64,000 nt of DNA from an uncultured Bacilli bacterium (GTDB lineage: Bacteria > Bacillota_I > Bacilli_A > RF39 > UBA660), in contig CAKOHV010000001.1 in assembly GCA_934086145.1 (NCBI GenBank), forward strand, positions 53,731-117,730. The letters run 5' to 3'. The position numbers and the translations under genes were made by a program. Below, in pieces: positions 1 through 9,693 of this stretch (positions are counted from its first letter, which is position 1; the number at the start of each line of letters is the position of its first letter). Under the pieces are notes generated by a model. That model was not told where the DNA came from, searched no databases, and worked only from the letters and a program-made list of their open reading frames with translations.

Positions 1-63
1 TAATCAACTTAACAATAATTAACTTGAATTATTATTCCTAAAAAAATGGTGTTTACCCCTTGT

Positions 64-97
64 AAAAATGAGAAATAAGCGATTATTTCTCATTTTT
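64..97 (+). terminator. AT-rich hairpin (15-bp inverted repeat aaaaatgagaaataa / ttatttctcattttt) followed by T-run; probably terminates a gene upstream of the window
   Basis: Near-perfect inverted repeat read directly from the sequence, with a short loop and T-run tail. Low GC content in the stem makes it weak. Confidence 0.35.
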
Positions 98-232
98 AAC
101 TAAAAATTCGTCAAAAGCGCCATTTTTTAAGAAAAATAGTAGGTTTTCTCTTGATTTAAATTTGTATTTTTGCTATTTTTAATATGTAAGGGTAATACCT
201 TACAATTCAAAACACATGGGAGGTAATTTTTT

Positions 233-505
233 ATGGGAAAACAAGAATTAGTAGAATTTATTGCAGCCAAAGCTGGTTTAACTAAAGTTGATGCTGGTAA
301 AGCATTAGATGCTGCATTAGAAGGAATTACAGAAGGTCTTAAAAAAGAAGGCAAAGTTGCTTTAGTAGGATTCGGAACTTTCAGTTCTAAAGAAAGAGCT
401 GCAAGAGAAGGTATTAATCCATTAACTAAAGAACCACTTAAAATTCCTGCAAAAAATGTTGCTTCATTCAAAGCAGGAAGCAAATTAAAAGACGCTATCA
501 ACTAG
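233..505 (+). CDS. hup: DNA-binding protein HU
   Basis: 90-aa protein MGKQELVEFIAAKAGLTKVDAGKALDA...GFGTFSSKERAAREGINPLT with the canonical HU/IHF fold motifs. An RBS (GGGAGG) lies upstream. Confidence 0.9.
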   Translation: MGKQELVEFIAAKAGLTKVDAGKALDAALEGITEGLKKEGKVALVGFGTFSSKERAAREGINPLTKEPLKIPAKNVASFKAGSKLKDAIN

Positions 506-526
506 TGTAAAGATTGCGAAAAAAAG

Positions 527-560
527 CTATAAATGAAAATATTATTTATAGTTTTTTTTT
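527..560 (+). terminator. Rho-independent terminator after hup
   Basis: Stem ctataaat/atttatag with a 9-nt loop, followed by a T9 run. Confidence 0.55.
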
Positions 561-597
561 GCACTTTTGATATACTATAAATGAAAAGAGTGATTGT

Positions 598-1704
598 ATG
601 GCCCCAAAGCAAAAAGAAAAAAATAAAATAAACTTTAAATATTTCATGATAGGAGTTATTGGCGCCTTAATAGCCTTTATCTTACCTCAATATAATCTCG
701 TCCGACTTTCACTGATGATCATAGCTATTATTTTGTTTACCATTGCCTTTAGTAAAGAAAATAAAAAGCCTCAAGCATCATTTATGAAAAAGATCATCCT
801 CTTTTGTAGCTTCTTTTTAATCTTGGTTATCATCGATGCTATCAACGTGGTAACATTCAAAAAAATTCCCATCTTCTCTTACAATATAACCAATACCAAA
901 CAAACGCGTGTCTATAATGCCCTTGGTTATCGTGTTTGGCAATGTAATAAAGAAGACTACAAAAATTTAAAAGTAGATCCATTCTACCAAAAAGGTTATT
1001 CTTGTGATTCCGTAGACATCGAAGAAATGGATTCAAATTCCTTCTTAAACTCTGTAATTGAAAACTATGACTTATATAAAAATAGTTATCTTAAAATAAA
1101 TGGTAAAATCAGTAAAAAAAATGGTCAGAATTATCTTGAAATGCAACCTTATGAAACTAATGAAATTACGGTTAATGGCTATGTTACTTTTGCTGATAAT
1201 ATTACCTTAAAAATCCTTTTTAATAATAATGATGATGCACTTGATAAGTATGATGTTTATGATGACATAACGGTTGTTGGAATAATTAAAAATATGGAAA
1301 CACAAGATAATCACTATATTATTTATATGTATGATGCCAAAGTTGTTTCTAATATCACCGAAGAAACTTACGAAGTATCATTAACTAAAGATAGTCAATG
1401 TCAAGAACAAAACTTATTATATCAAAGTGATAATTATAATATTTATACCTATTGTACTAAGGAAGTCTTTGTTACTTCAAATTCTAAAAAATATGAATTA
1501 CCAATGGCTTTATCATCTAATAAAATTAGTCTTGATTACTTACTTGATAACTATACTAGTAAAGATGATGACTTAGAGGGGAATACCTTATATAAATTCA
1601 CTAACTATAACGTAGTTAAATGTGGTAGTAAAGATCTCATTATTGGTCCAACACAAATGACTTTCCAGGATATTACTTGTAGTAAAGAAGATAATCTAAA
1701 TTAA
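598..1704 (+). CDS. Hypothetical membrane-anchored protein (two N-terminal TM helices, Asn/Tyr-rich extracytoplasmic domain)
   Basis: Long ORF with an RBS (AGAGTGA), N-terminal hydrophobic helices and no recognisable catalytic motif. Confidence 0.55.
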   Translation: MAPKQKEKNKINFKYFMIGVIGALIAFILPQYNLVRLSLMIIAIILFTIAFSKENKKPQASFMKKIILFCSFFLILVIIDAINVVTFKKIPIFSYNITNTKQTRVYNALGYRVWQCNKEDYKNLKVDPFYQKGYSCDSVDIEEMDSNSFLNSVIENYDLYKNSYLKINGKISKKNGQNYLEMQPYETNEITVNGYVTFADNITLKILFNNNDDALDKYDVYDDITVVGIIKNMETQDNHYIIYMYDAKVVSNITEETYEVSLTKDSQCQEQNLLYQSDNYNIYTYCTKEVFVTSNSKKYELPMALSSNKISLDYLLDNYTSKDDDLEGNTLYKFTNYNVVKCGSKDLIIGPTQMTFQDITCSKEDNLN

Positions 1705-1909
1705 CTTTAAAAATAAAGCTTTATTATTTTTTCAATAATTGCTATAATATAATCAGGTATTAAAATAAATGCCAACGAATATATGAAATCTACATTAAAA
1801 ATAAACCAACAATAGATAACTTTCATAAAATAAAAGTTTTCTAGGGGGGATTCTTAAATTTTATGTAGAAAGTTATGTATTTGCAAAATAGAAGTGAGGA
1901 TGTGTAAAA

Positions 1910-2848
1910 ATGGCTAATACAAAAAAAGATGAAGTCAAAGAAGCTAAAGTAAGTTCAACTAAAACTAAAAAGACATCAAGTACTACTAGTAAAGATACTA
2001 AAAAGAGTACTAGTGTCAAAAAAGATTCAACTCCAAGTAAGGCTAAAACAACAACCGTTGTTCAAGAAGAAAATAATTATGGTAAAACACTTTTATCAGG
2101 AATCATAATTCTTTTAATCTTAGTAGCAGGCTTTTTTGGTTATAAAAAATTAAATAGTAATGATAACAAAAACAATCAGCCAAGTGTTACTTTAACTGCT
2201 GATGAAAAGAAATTTAAGAAAGATTATGAGTCTCTAAATAATACTAAAAATTCTAATGGTAACCAATACAAAACTGTTAACATAATTGATAACAATAACA
2301 TCAAATATATTTCCTTAGCTGAAGCTGCTACAATGCTTGATGAAGGAACTGGCGTCATCTACTTTGGTTTTGCTGCTTGCCCTTGGTGCCGTAATGCTGT
2401 ACCTGAACTATTAACAGCAATGACTAATACTGGTTTAGATACTATTTACTATGTCAATATTCGTGAAGATAACGATGCCGAAAAAGACGTTCGTGACTCA
2501 TGGGAATTAAATACAAGAAATAAACCATTTAAGAAAAAAGATGCTGATGAAGCTTACTACAAAATACTTGTTTCTTTAGCTAATGAATTACAAGATTATG
2601 TCATAAAAAGTGATAACAACAAAGAAATCAATACTGGCGAAAAAAGACTATATGCACCAACTATTGTTGCTGTTTTAAATGGTGAAATCGTTGGCTTCCA
2701 TGAAGGAACTGTCGAAGGTCATGACATAGATGAAAATGGCGTTTTAAGAGATCTTACTAAAGATGAAGAAGAAGCTTTAGTAAAAATTTACACTGATACG
2801 ATCACTAAAGTTAGCCAAAATGAGTGCAAAGATGATAAAGGATGCTAA
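1910..2848 (+). CDS. Membrane-anchored thioredoxin-fold protein (CPWC active-site motif) with Lys/Ser/Thr-rich N-terminal tail
   Basis: FGFAACPWCRNAVPEL thioredoxin-like CxxC motif; one TM segment (LLSGIIILLILVAGFFGY) after a low-complexity K/T/S tail; good RBS. Confidence 0.6.
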   Translation: MANTKKDEVKEAKVSSTKTKKTSSTTSKDTKKSTSVKKDSTPSKAKTTTVVQEENNYGKTLLSGIIILLILVAGFFGYKKLNSNDNKNNQPSVTLTADEKKFKKDYESLNNTKNSNGNQYKTVNIIDNNNIKYISLAEAATMLDEGTGVIYFGFAACPWCRNAVPELLTAMTNTGLDTIYYVNIREDNDAEKDVRDSWELNTRNKPFKKKDADEAYYKILVSLANELQDYVIKSDNNKEINTGEKRLYAPTIVAVLNGEIVGFHEGTVEGHDIDENGVLRDLTKDEEEALVKIYTDTITKVSQNECKDDKGC

Positions 2849-2864
2849 AAAGCATTCTTTTTAC

Positions 2865-2893
2865 TTGCCATTTTTTCAAGAAAAATATATAAT
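2865..2893 (+). promoter_or_regulatory. Sigma-A-like promoter (-35 TTGCCA, 17-nt spacer, -10 TATAAT) with a ~120-nt leader before the 3018 gene
   Basis: Hexamers and spacing read directly from the sequence. Confidence 0.4.
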
Positions 2894-3017
2894 AAAAACA
2901 ATCGTCATATTGTAAATAGATGATAGCGAGTGGTCAAAGCACTTGCACAAAAAAGATTCAAGAGAGTTTGGAGGTCAAAGTGAAAAATTACTTCTTGAAA
3001 AGAGGAGATAATTTACC

Positions 3018-4394
3018 ATGAATGCTAATGAATCTGGCTTAACAAAGGAAGAAAAAATTATGTTTTCTATCCTCGGCATCATCATTTTAATTGCAATTAG
3101 CTTTCTCATCGTTATGAGTTTTTCTAAAACTGATCGTAATTTAAAAGAAAATCCGGTAAACAATAAGCCAACAACTAAAGATAAAATTACCAAATCACAA
3201 GAAGAAACAACACCAATCAGAATTGATGAAGTAGATGAACCATCATCTAATATAATTGAACCTGTCAAAACGACTCACGTAACAAATAGTGTTACTAAAT
3301 ATAATGTTATTCATGTCAGTAATAAAAATGATTTAAAATCAGAAAATACAACTGATGAACCAACCACTACAACTGATGAAGTAATTCCGGCTATACCTGA
3401 AGTGCCTGAAAAAATAACTTGGGATATTCCTTCAACAGTTCTTCAAGAAGCCTTTGCTAAAGATACTATCTACGTTGATAATACTATCATATTGAGTAAT
3501 GGATTAACGGCTCAAGCCTTAGTAACTGTTCGTAAACTAGAAGATGATGCTTATAATATTGTTGAACTAACAGATAATAGATTTGTTGCAACCGAAGGAC
3601 TTTATAAGTATTATTATACCTATGAAAACATTACTAAAGAATTACCATTAGTCGTCAAAAAACGTCTTGAAAATATTGATATAGCTCTTTTAAGCAACGT
3701 CGCTTATACCGAAAATAGCGAATTTAGTGAAAAAGAATTTAATAACATCATTCAAAATAGTAATCAAACTCAAATTACTAAAAATGAACATGTTTATCAA
3801 CTTAATATTAATCAAACAACCAATACCAATATGGTCGCCTTATTTATTTACTTAAATCGTAAAATAGAATATGTAAATACCTCAACACCTAGTATAACTA
3901 TTGGCTCAAGTAATCCCCAAATGTGGAATGAAGACTATGAAAATGGTCGCTTGCGTCTTCTAATTAGAACTGATGAAATAACGAATAATACCCCTTTAAA
4001 AATTGAAGTAAATTGCAATGATGAAACTTATGTACTCGAATTACTAATTAACATTACTAAAAATATAATTGATAATGAAAATCCGAGTGATGACGCAGTT
4101 GATGATAAAAACCAGGGGGAAGATAATAGCAATGCTAATCAACCTCCAGCAGATAATCAAAGCCCATCCCTAGAAGATAATACCAAAGAAGAAGAGAAAC
4201 CAAATGAAACTTCTGACTTTGAAATTATCCCATCTTCATTCAGCAACTTACCTAAAATTTCATCCGCAACAGATAAAAATACCAATAATCAATTGCTGGA
4301 AGAAGCATCACCAAATACCAAACGGGTGGCTTACGAAAACATTGTAGATAATAAAACAGGACCAATTAGTGAACTTTCTTCTTTACGGACGTAG
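3018..4394 (+). CDS. Hypothetical membrane-anchored secreted protein (N-terminal TM, Thr/Asn-rich, acidic Pro/Asp-rich C-terminal tail)
   Basis: ORF with RBS AGAGGAG and a TM segment FSILGIIILIAISFLIVM. No known domain recognised. Confidence 0.5.
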   Translation: MNANESGLTKEEKIMFSILGIIILIAISFLIVMSFSKTDRNLKENPVNNKPTTKDKITKSQEETTPIRIDEVDEPSSNIIEPVKTTHVTNSVTKYNVIHVSNKNDLKSENTTDEPTTTTDEVIPAIPEVPEKITWDIPSTVLQEAFAKDTIYVDNTIILSNGLTAQALVTVRKLEDDAYNIVELTDNRFVATEGLYKYYYTYENITKELPLVVKKRLENIDIALLSNVAYTENSEFSEKEFNNIIQNSNQTQITKNEHVYQLNINQTTNTNMVALFIYLNRKIEYVNTSTPSITIGSSNPQMWNEDYENGRLRLLIRTDEITNNTPLKIEVNCNDETYVLELLINITKNIIDNENPSDDAVDDKNQGEDNSNANQPPADNQSPSLEDNTKEEEKPNETSDFEIIPSSFSNLPKISSATDKNTNNQLLEEASPNTKRVAYENIVDNKTGPISELSSLRT

Positions 4395-4497
4395 TTGAAT
4401 CTTACAAATACATCTTTTGATGTATTTTTTTCATCTTCTTTATCTTGTCGTTAAAACTAAACTAAGTTATAATAATGATGAATTAAGAGGTGAAGGC

Positions 4498-5775
4498 ATG
4501 AAAATAATTACATTACTACCCGCAGATACATATACGGTAATTAATAAAAGCATTATCACCCCTGAAGATAAAAAAAATCTTATTGCCTTATACGAGCCTA
4601 TAATTGGTCCTATTGCTTTAAGTCTCTATTTTACCTTCTTACATGACTTAAGTCTTAAAGAAATTATCTCTCTTGATTATACTCATCATCACTTAATGAC
4701 TATTATGAAAAGTAATCTTGAAACCATTAAAATAGCTCGTCAAACTTTAGAAGGTGTTGGTTTACTTAAAACCTATTATAAAGAAGGGGAAATCAATAGT
4801 TATGTCTATGAACTTTATTCTCCTTTAAGTGCTAAAGAATTCTTTGCATCGCCCATTTTTAATGTGACACTCTATAATAATATTGGTCAAAGTGAATATG
4901 ACCTTTTAAAATGCGAATATGAACTTCCTAAAATTGACTTAAAAGCCTATGAAGACATTTCTAGTTCTATCGATACAACCTTTAAATCTTCACCTAATCT
5001 TGAACCTTTTGAGACCCAAAGTCATATGAGCAGTAATTTAGCCCTAAACTCTAATATTGACTTTGACCTTATTTATTCTTCAATGCCAAAAGGCTTAATA
5101 AATCCTCATGTGTTCACTAAAAAAACCAAATATCTTATTGAACAATTAGCTTTTATCTATGACTTAGATACCCTTAAAATGATTGAACTTCTTCGGACTG
5201 TTATAACAGAGAAGGGGACATTTGATAAAGATCAACTCCGTAAAAACGCTCGTAAATATTATCAATACAATAATGGCCGTTTACCAACCCTTGTTTATCG
5301 TACCCAACCAGATTATTTAAAAACCCCAGCTGGCGATACTTCACCACTTGCCAAGATTATCTATATGTTTGAAAATACCTCACCATATGACTTCTTACGA
5401 ATTAAATATAAAGGAACTAATCCTACAAGTCGAGACTTAAGGTTACTCGAAACTTTACTAATCGATCTTGAATTAACCCCTGGTGTTGTTAATGTCTTAA
5501 TAGACTATGTTTTAAAACAAAATAATAACAAATTAAATCAAGCATATATTGAAACCATTGCTGGCCAATGGAAAAGATGCAATATCAAAACCGCTAAAGA
5601 AGCCATTGAATTAGCGAAAAAAGAACACCAAAAAACAACTAAGAAAAAAGATCCTAAAGCCAATATTAAAAATAAAAATGAAGAACCAGTTTGGTTTAAT
5701 GATAAAATAGAAAAAGAAGAAATGTCCGCCGAAGAATTAAAAGAACTAGAAGACATGTTTAAAGATTATAGGTGA
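4498..5775 (+). CDS. dnaB: Replication initiation and membrane attachment protein DnaB (Firmicutes DnaB/DnaD-like family)
   Basis: Matches the Bacillus DnaB pattern (YEPIIGPIALSLY...GVGLLKTYY...YVYELYSPL...FF) and sits immediately upstream of dnaI, as in the Bacillus dnaB-dnaI operon. The true start is taken as ATG 4498 with RBS AGAGGTGAAGG; the ORF track begins at 4417 with a non-ATG codon. Confidence 0.75.
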   Translation: MKIITLLPADTYTVINKSIITPEDKKNLIALYEPIIGPIALSLYFTFLHDLSLKEIISLDYTHHHLMTIMKSNLETIKIARQTLEGVGLLKTYYKEGEINSYVYELYSPLSAKEFFASPIFNVTLYNNIGQSEYDLLKCEYELPKIDLKAYEDISSSIDTTFKSSPNLEPFETQSHMSSNLALNSNIDFDLIYSSMPKGLINPHVFTKKTKYLIEQLAFIYDLDTLKMIELLRTVITEKGTFDKDQLRKNARKYYQYNNGRLPTLVYRTQPDYLKTPAGDTSPLAKIIYMFENTSPYDFLRIKYKGTNPTSRDLRLLETLLIDLELTPGVVNVLIDYVLKQNNNKLNQAYIETIAGQWKRCNIKTAKEAIELAKKEHQKTTKKKDPKANIKNKNEEPVWFNDKIEKEEMSAEELKELEDMFKDYR

Positions 5776-5779
5776 TTAT

Positions 5780-6664
5780 ATGGAAGCAAAAGAATATAAA
5801 AGTGATTACAATCGTCGCAGCTTAATCAATAATTATGAAAAAGCTTGTGCAACCCCTGAATTTAGAAACTTAGTAAGTAACTTAGACGTTGATGACAAAA
5901 TAGCTATGAAGTATACTACGGCTCTCGAAACAACCGTTGCAGAGCTTAAAAATTGTCAAGATTGTCCTGGCCTTGTTTATTGTCAAAATCGTTTAGAAGG
6001 GCATATGCTCATTCCTAAAAATAATAATCAACAAATTATTTTTTCTTATGTTCCTTGCCATTATGAAAAGGAACTAAAAGCTCGCGAAGAAAATAAACAT
6101 ACCCGTGATAAAGATATTTTTAATGCTAAAATATCGGAGATTGATTTGACTGACAAAAAACGTCTTCATGTCATTAAATGGCTTCGTACCTTTTTAACTA
6201 CTTATCAAAAAAACGGTGAATTTAAAGGCTTATATTTACATGGAAACTTTGGTAGCGGTAAAACATACCTTATTTCCGCCCTTTTTAATGAATTAGCCAA
6301 AAAAAGAATTAGTACGGAAATTGTCTATTTTCCGGAACTATTACGTGATATAAAAAGTGACTTTGATACATTCGCTGATCGCATTGACTACCTTGAAAAT
6401 GTTGATCTTCTCCTAATTGACGATATTGGTGCCGAAAAAGTAACCGAATGGAGTCGTGATGAAATCTTAGGAACTATTTTACAAAAAAGGATGAATAACT
6501 ATAAGACAACGTTCTTCACTTCCAATCTTAATATTACGGAACTAGAACGTCATCTTCGTATTAATTCCTACAGTGATGATGAAATTAAAGCCCGTCGAAT
6601 TATCGAACGAATTAAACAACTAACAACTGATTTAGAACTGATTAGTGAAAATAAAAGAAAGTAA
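5780..6664 (+). CDS. dnaI: Primosomal helicase loader DnaI
   Basis: N-terminal Zn-binding Cys cluster (CQDCPG...C...C), Walker A GNFGSGKTYL and DnaC/DnaI AAA+ motifs (LLLIDDIGAE). Follows dnaB. Confidence 0.85.
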   Translation: MEAKEYKSDYNRRSLINNYEKACATPEFRNLVSNLDVDDKIAMKYTTALETTVAELKNCQDCPGLVYCQNRLEGHMLIPKNNNQQIIFSYVPCHYEKELKAREENKHTRDKDIFNAKISEIDLTDKKRLHVIKWLRTFLTTYQKNGEFKGLYLHGNFGSGKTYLISALFNELAKKRISTEIVYFPELLRDIKSDFDTFADRIDYLENVDLLLIDDIGAEKVTEWSRDEILGTILQKRMNNYKTTFFTSNLNITELERHLRINSYSDDEIKARRIIERIKQLTTDLELISENKRK

Positions 6665-6726
6665 AACCATATCAAAAAAAGCCAACTTTTGTTGCTTTTT
6701 TTGATATAATTAAAAATGGTGATTAT

Positions 6727-7662
6727 ATGAAAAATTTAAGAGTAATATTTATGGGAACACCCGATTTTGCTGTTCCCGTTTTAGAAAAATTAATAACTAA
6801 CACGAATGTGATTTTGGTTGTCAGCCAACCTGACAAAAAAGTAGGGCGTAATCAAGAATTAAAATTTACCCCTGTCAAAGAAACTGCTATGCTAAATGGC
6901 ATTCCTACCTTTCAACCAGCCAAAATTAGAAATGACTATGAACCAATTTTAGCTTTGAAACCTGATTTGATTGTCACTTGTGCCTATGGCCAAATTTTAC
7001 CGGAAGCTATTTTAAATTGTCCTTCCCTAGGTTGCATTAATGTCCATGCCTCTCTTTTGCCTAAACTACGTGGTGGAGCACCTTTACATCATGCCTTAAT
7101 AGATGGCCTTGATAAAACCGGGATTACTATTATGTACATGGATAAAAAAATGGATACTGGAGATATCATCTCCCAACGTGAATATCAAATTAAAGATGAT
7201 GACAATGTTGGAACCCTTCATGACCAACTAAGTCAAATGGGTGCAGAATTACTAATTGATACCTTACCAAAAATTATAGTTGGCGCCGCTAATCCACAAA
7301 AACAAAACGAAGCTGAAGCAACCTATGCTGGGAATATTACTAGAGAACAAGAACATATTGACTTTAACAAAAGTGCTCGCGAAGTCTATAACCAAATTCG
7401 TGGCTTGTACCCATTTCCAACTGCTTATACAATTATCAATGATACCGAAATCAAAGTTCTAGAATGCTTCATTGGCCAAAAAGATAGCGAGTTTTCCTCT
7501 GGAACAATCTGTGAAATAAATAAAGACAACATAGGAATCGCAACCAAGGATAAAATAATCTATCTAACCAAAGTTAAACCATTTGGTAAAAAAGCTATGG
7601 CGGTCAAAGATTATGTTAATGGTCTTAAAAAAGAAAAAGTAATTCATACTATTGCGGAGTAA
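6727..7662 (+). CDS. fmt: Methionyl-tRNA formyltransferase
   Basis: VIFMGTPDFAVP N-terminus and the HASLLPKLRGGAPL formyltransferase motif, at typical length (311 aa). Confidence 0.9.
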   Translation: MKNLRVIFMGTPDFAVPVLEKLITNTNVILVVSQPDKKVGRNQELKFTPVKETAMLNGIPTFQPAKIRNDYEPILALKPDLIVTCAYGQILPEAILNCPSLGCINVHASLLPKLRGGAPLHHALIDGLDKTGITIMYMDKKMDTGDIISQREYQIKDDDNVGTLHDQLSQMGAELLIDTLPKIIVGAANPQKQNEAEATYAGNITREQEHIDFNKSAREVYNQIRGLYPFPTAYTIINDTEIKVLECFIGQKDSEFSSGTICEINKDNIGIATKDKIIYLTKVKPFGKKAMAVKDYVNGLKKEKVIHTIAE

Positions 7663-7664
7663 AT

Positions 7665-8258
7665 ATGCTAAAAAAAATCTTAAAAGAACATAAAGGTCTT
7701 GTCATATACAGCTTAATCATTATTGTCTTATTATTTGTAATTCTTTTTGTCCTTGATGATGACTTCATCAAAAGACATAGTAGCTTTAAATCTTTCTTTA
7801 AAACCGAGCAAGTAACAACTACCGAACAAGATAATCAAACTAAATTTCTAAGCTATGAAGAACAAATCCAAAAGTTAGAACAAAACAAATATAAGTATCA
7901 GTATGAAATTGACTATAATGGAACCTATTATGAATGTAGTGGGACTAAAAATAAAGAAGAAGATAATGGTACTTGTACCAAACCTAATGTCGTTACCTAT
8001 AATAAAGATACCTTTAATGATACTTTTGCTAAAATAAATACTAAATTCTTAGATGTTAATTATATTTTTACTTCTTTAGCAGAGTATGAACCCCAAGAAG
8101 AAAAATATGGTGAAGAAAGAGTCTTTGTTTATAAAATAAAAACAAGTAATGGAACGAATGAAATAAGTGTATATACCGACTATGAAAATATAACTAAAAT
8201 ATGTATAGCCAAAGGATATTTAACGTATATTCTAAAATATAGTGATATTGATATTTGA
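7665..8258 (+). CDS. Hypothetical protein with N-terminal TM anchor
   Basis: ORF follows fmt closely. TM segment LVIYSLIIIVLLFVILFVL. No known domain. Confidence 0.5.
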   Translation: MLKKILKEHKGLVIYSLIIIVLLFVILFVLDDDFIKRHSSFKSFFKTEQVTTTEQDNQTKFLSYEEQIQKLEQNKYKYQYEIDYNGTYYECSGTKNKEEDNGTCTKPNVVTYNKDTFNDTFAKINTKFLDVNYIFTSLAEYEPQEEKYGEERVFVYKIKTSNGTNEISVYTDYENITKICIAKGYLTYILKYSDIDI

Positions 8259-8314
8259 CAATTGATAACTCTATTGTTATTATAGTCACGATACAAAAAA
8301 AGGGGGCTATATTT

Positions 8315-9127
8315 GTGAGAAAAAAAATAAATAAAATTGAAAATAACGACAAAACAAAAGAATTGACCAAAAAGGCCATTGTTAACCTTATTACAGGGGT
8401 TAGAACTGCTGGAACTTTTGCGATTATCCCAATTTATATGAAAACAGGAGCGACAACAACTGCCTTATGTTCTGGAGCTTTCTTCCTAACGGATATGCTT
8501 GATGGAGCTCTAGCTCGTTCTTGGCATGTTCAATCATTCTTTGGGAGCTTGTTAGATGGCTTATCTGATAAAGCCTATGCGATATCTTGCATGGCCTTAT
8601 TAGCCCATGAAAATCCTATTTACTTGCTTCCCATCGGCTTAGAACTATCTATCTTAAAAATTAACTATGCTAGTATGCAAAGAGGCAACAATGTTAAATC
8701 TAGTATTTTAGGTAAAATTAAAACCGGCGTCCTTGCTTTAACAATGGTTGATGGTTTCTTTTTACTAAAACCAGAAGAATTAAAAAATATCTTAAATAAT
8801 TTAAATATTACATCATTTGATACTTTACTAAATCAAAAACCTAGTGTATTATCTAATATAGCTATAACACCATTAATAATAAGTGAGTTGATTGTTATCG
8901 GTGATTATATTGCCAAGTCTAAAAAACAAGATAAGCTTAAACAACCTGAAGAAAAAGCTAATCTTCAAAAAGAAAAAGCTCGTTTAATTGAAACTAAAGA
9001 GAATTTAGCAGCTCAAAAATTACAATTAAAGAATCGTCAAGAAGTCATTCATGACCTTTTCGATACTGAATTTTATCTTGAAAATAAAGATGGTGGCATC
9101 AAAAAACTATTATATAAAAAAGTTTAA
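8315..9127 (+). CDS. CDP-alcohol phosphatidyltransferase family protein with C-terminal coiled-coil extension
   Basis: Signature D-x2-DG-x2-AR...G-x3-D-x3-D in DMLDGALARSWHVQSFFGSLLDGLSDK. Start moved to GTG 8315, which sits behind RBS AAAGGGGG; the track ORF begins at TTG 8255. Confidence 0.6.
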   Translation: MRKKINKIENNDKTKELTKKAIVNLITGVRTAGTFAIIPIYMKTGATTTALCSGAFFLTDMLDGALARSWHVQSFFGSLLDGLSDKAYAISCMALLAHENPIYLLPIGLELSILKINYASMQRGNNVKSSILGKIKTGVLALTMVDGFFLLKPEELKNILNNLNITSFDTLLNQKPSVLSNIAITPLIISELIVIGDYIAKSKKQDKLKQPEEKANLQKEKARLIETKENLAAQKLQLKNRQEVIHDLFDTEFYLENKDGGIKKLLYKKV

Positions 9128-9150
9128 CAAACAAAGAAAGTGGAGTAAAT

Positions 9151-9645
9151 ATGGACAAGGTAGTAAGAGAGAGTGCTTTTATATTTGATGGTATTAAAAC
9201 TAAAAAAGCCCAAAAAAAAATAATTAACTTATTAAAATGTTGCAAAGAATTAAGAGATACTGCCTATCCATTAAAAAATTCTTTAGTTACTGAAGTAAAA
9301 CTCCTTGATCTGCACGCTCAAAAGCAAAAAGATTATACTTATGTTACGGGGTCTCTTTTATTAGAAGACTTACCGTCTATGGAAAAGCGTACTTTTGAAG
9401 CCTATATTACTAATAAAGACAATGAATATCATATCTTACTTGATATTACGCGTGTTGATGCTAAAGATTTACCTAATATGATTAGAACCACTGATATTAT
9501 CAAAGAAGAACAAGATAACATAATTTCCGTTACTAGTTATTGTGGAATAGGCTACCTTCATGAAAAAGTCTTTTCCCAAGAATTTACTAAAGAAGAATAC
9601 GAAGCTAATGTTGACCTTGCCCTTGAACAAATAAGTGCCTTATGA
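9151..9645 (+). CDS. Hypothetical cytoplasmic protein
   Basis: ORF with RBS GTGGAG. No domain recognised. Confidence 0.45.
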   Translation: MDKVVRESAFIFDGIKTKKAQKKIINLLKCCKELRDTAYPLKNSLVTEVKLLDLHAQKQKDYTYVTGSLLLEDLPSMEKRTFEAYITNKDNEYHILLDITRVDAKDLPNMIRTTDIIKEEQDNIISVTSYCGIGYLHEKVFSQEFTKEEYEANVDLALEQISAL

Positions 9646-9693
9646 CACTTTTTTTTCTTATCCAATATGCTATAATAAAAAAAGGGTGGTCTA

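Noticed and set aside
127-501. 124-aa minus-strand ORF antisense to hup
   Set aside because: It completely overlaps the confidently identified HU gene and is low-complexity Ala/Leu/Ser-rich, a shadow-ORF artefact.
4417-4497. Track ORF start at 4417 for the DnaB-like gene, and similar upstream extensions at 8255, 40001, 41357, 43811 and 53665
   Set aside because: Extensions begin at non-ATG codons or lack an RBS. In-frame ATG/GTG starts with good Shine-Dalgarno sequences lie downstream at 4498, 8315, 40013, 41435, 43832 and 53677. Signal peptides and conserved N-termini begin at those positions.
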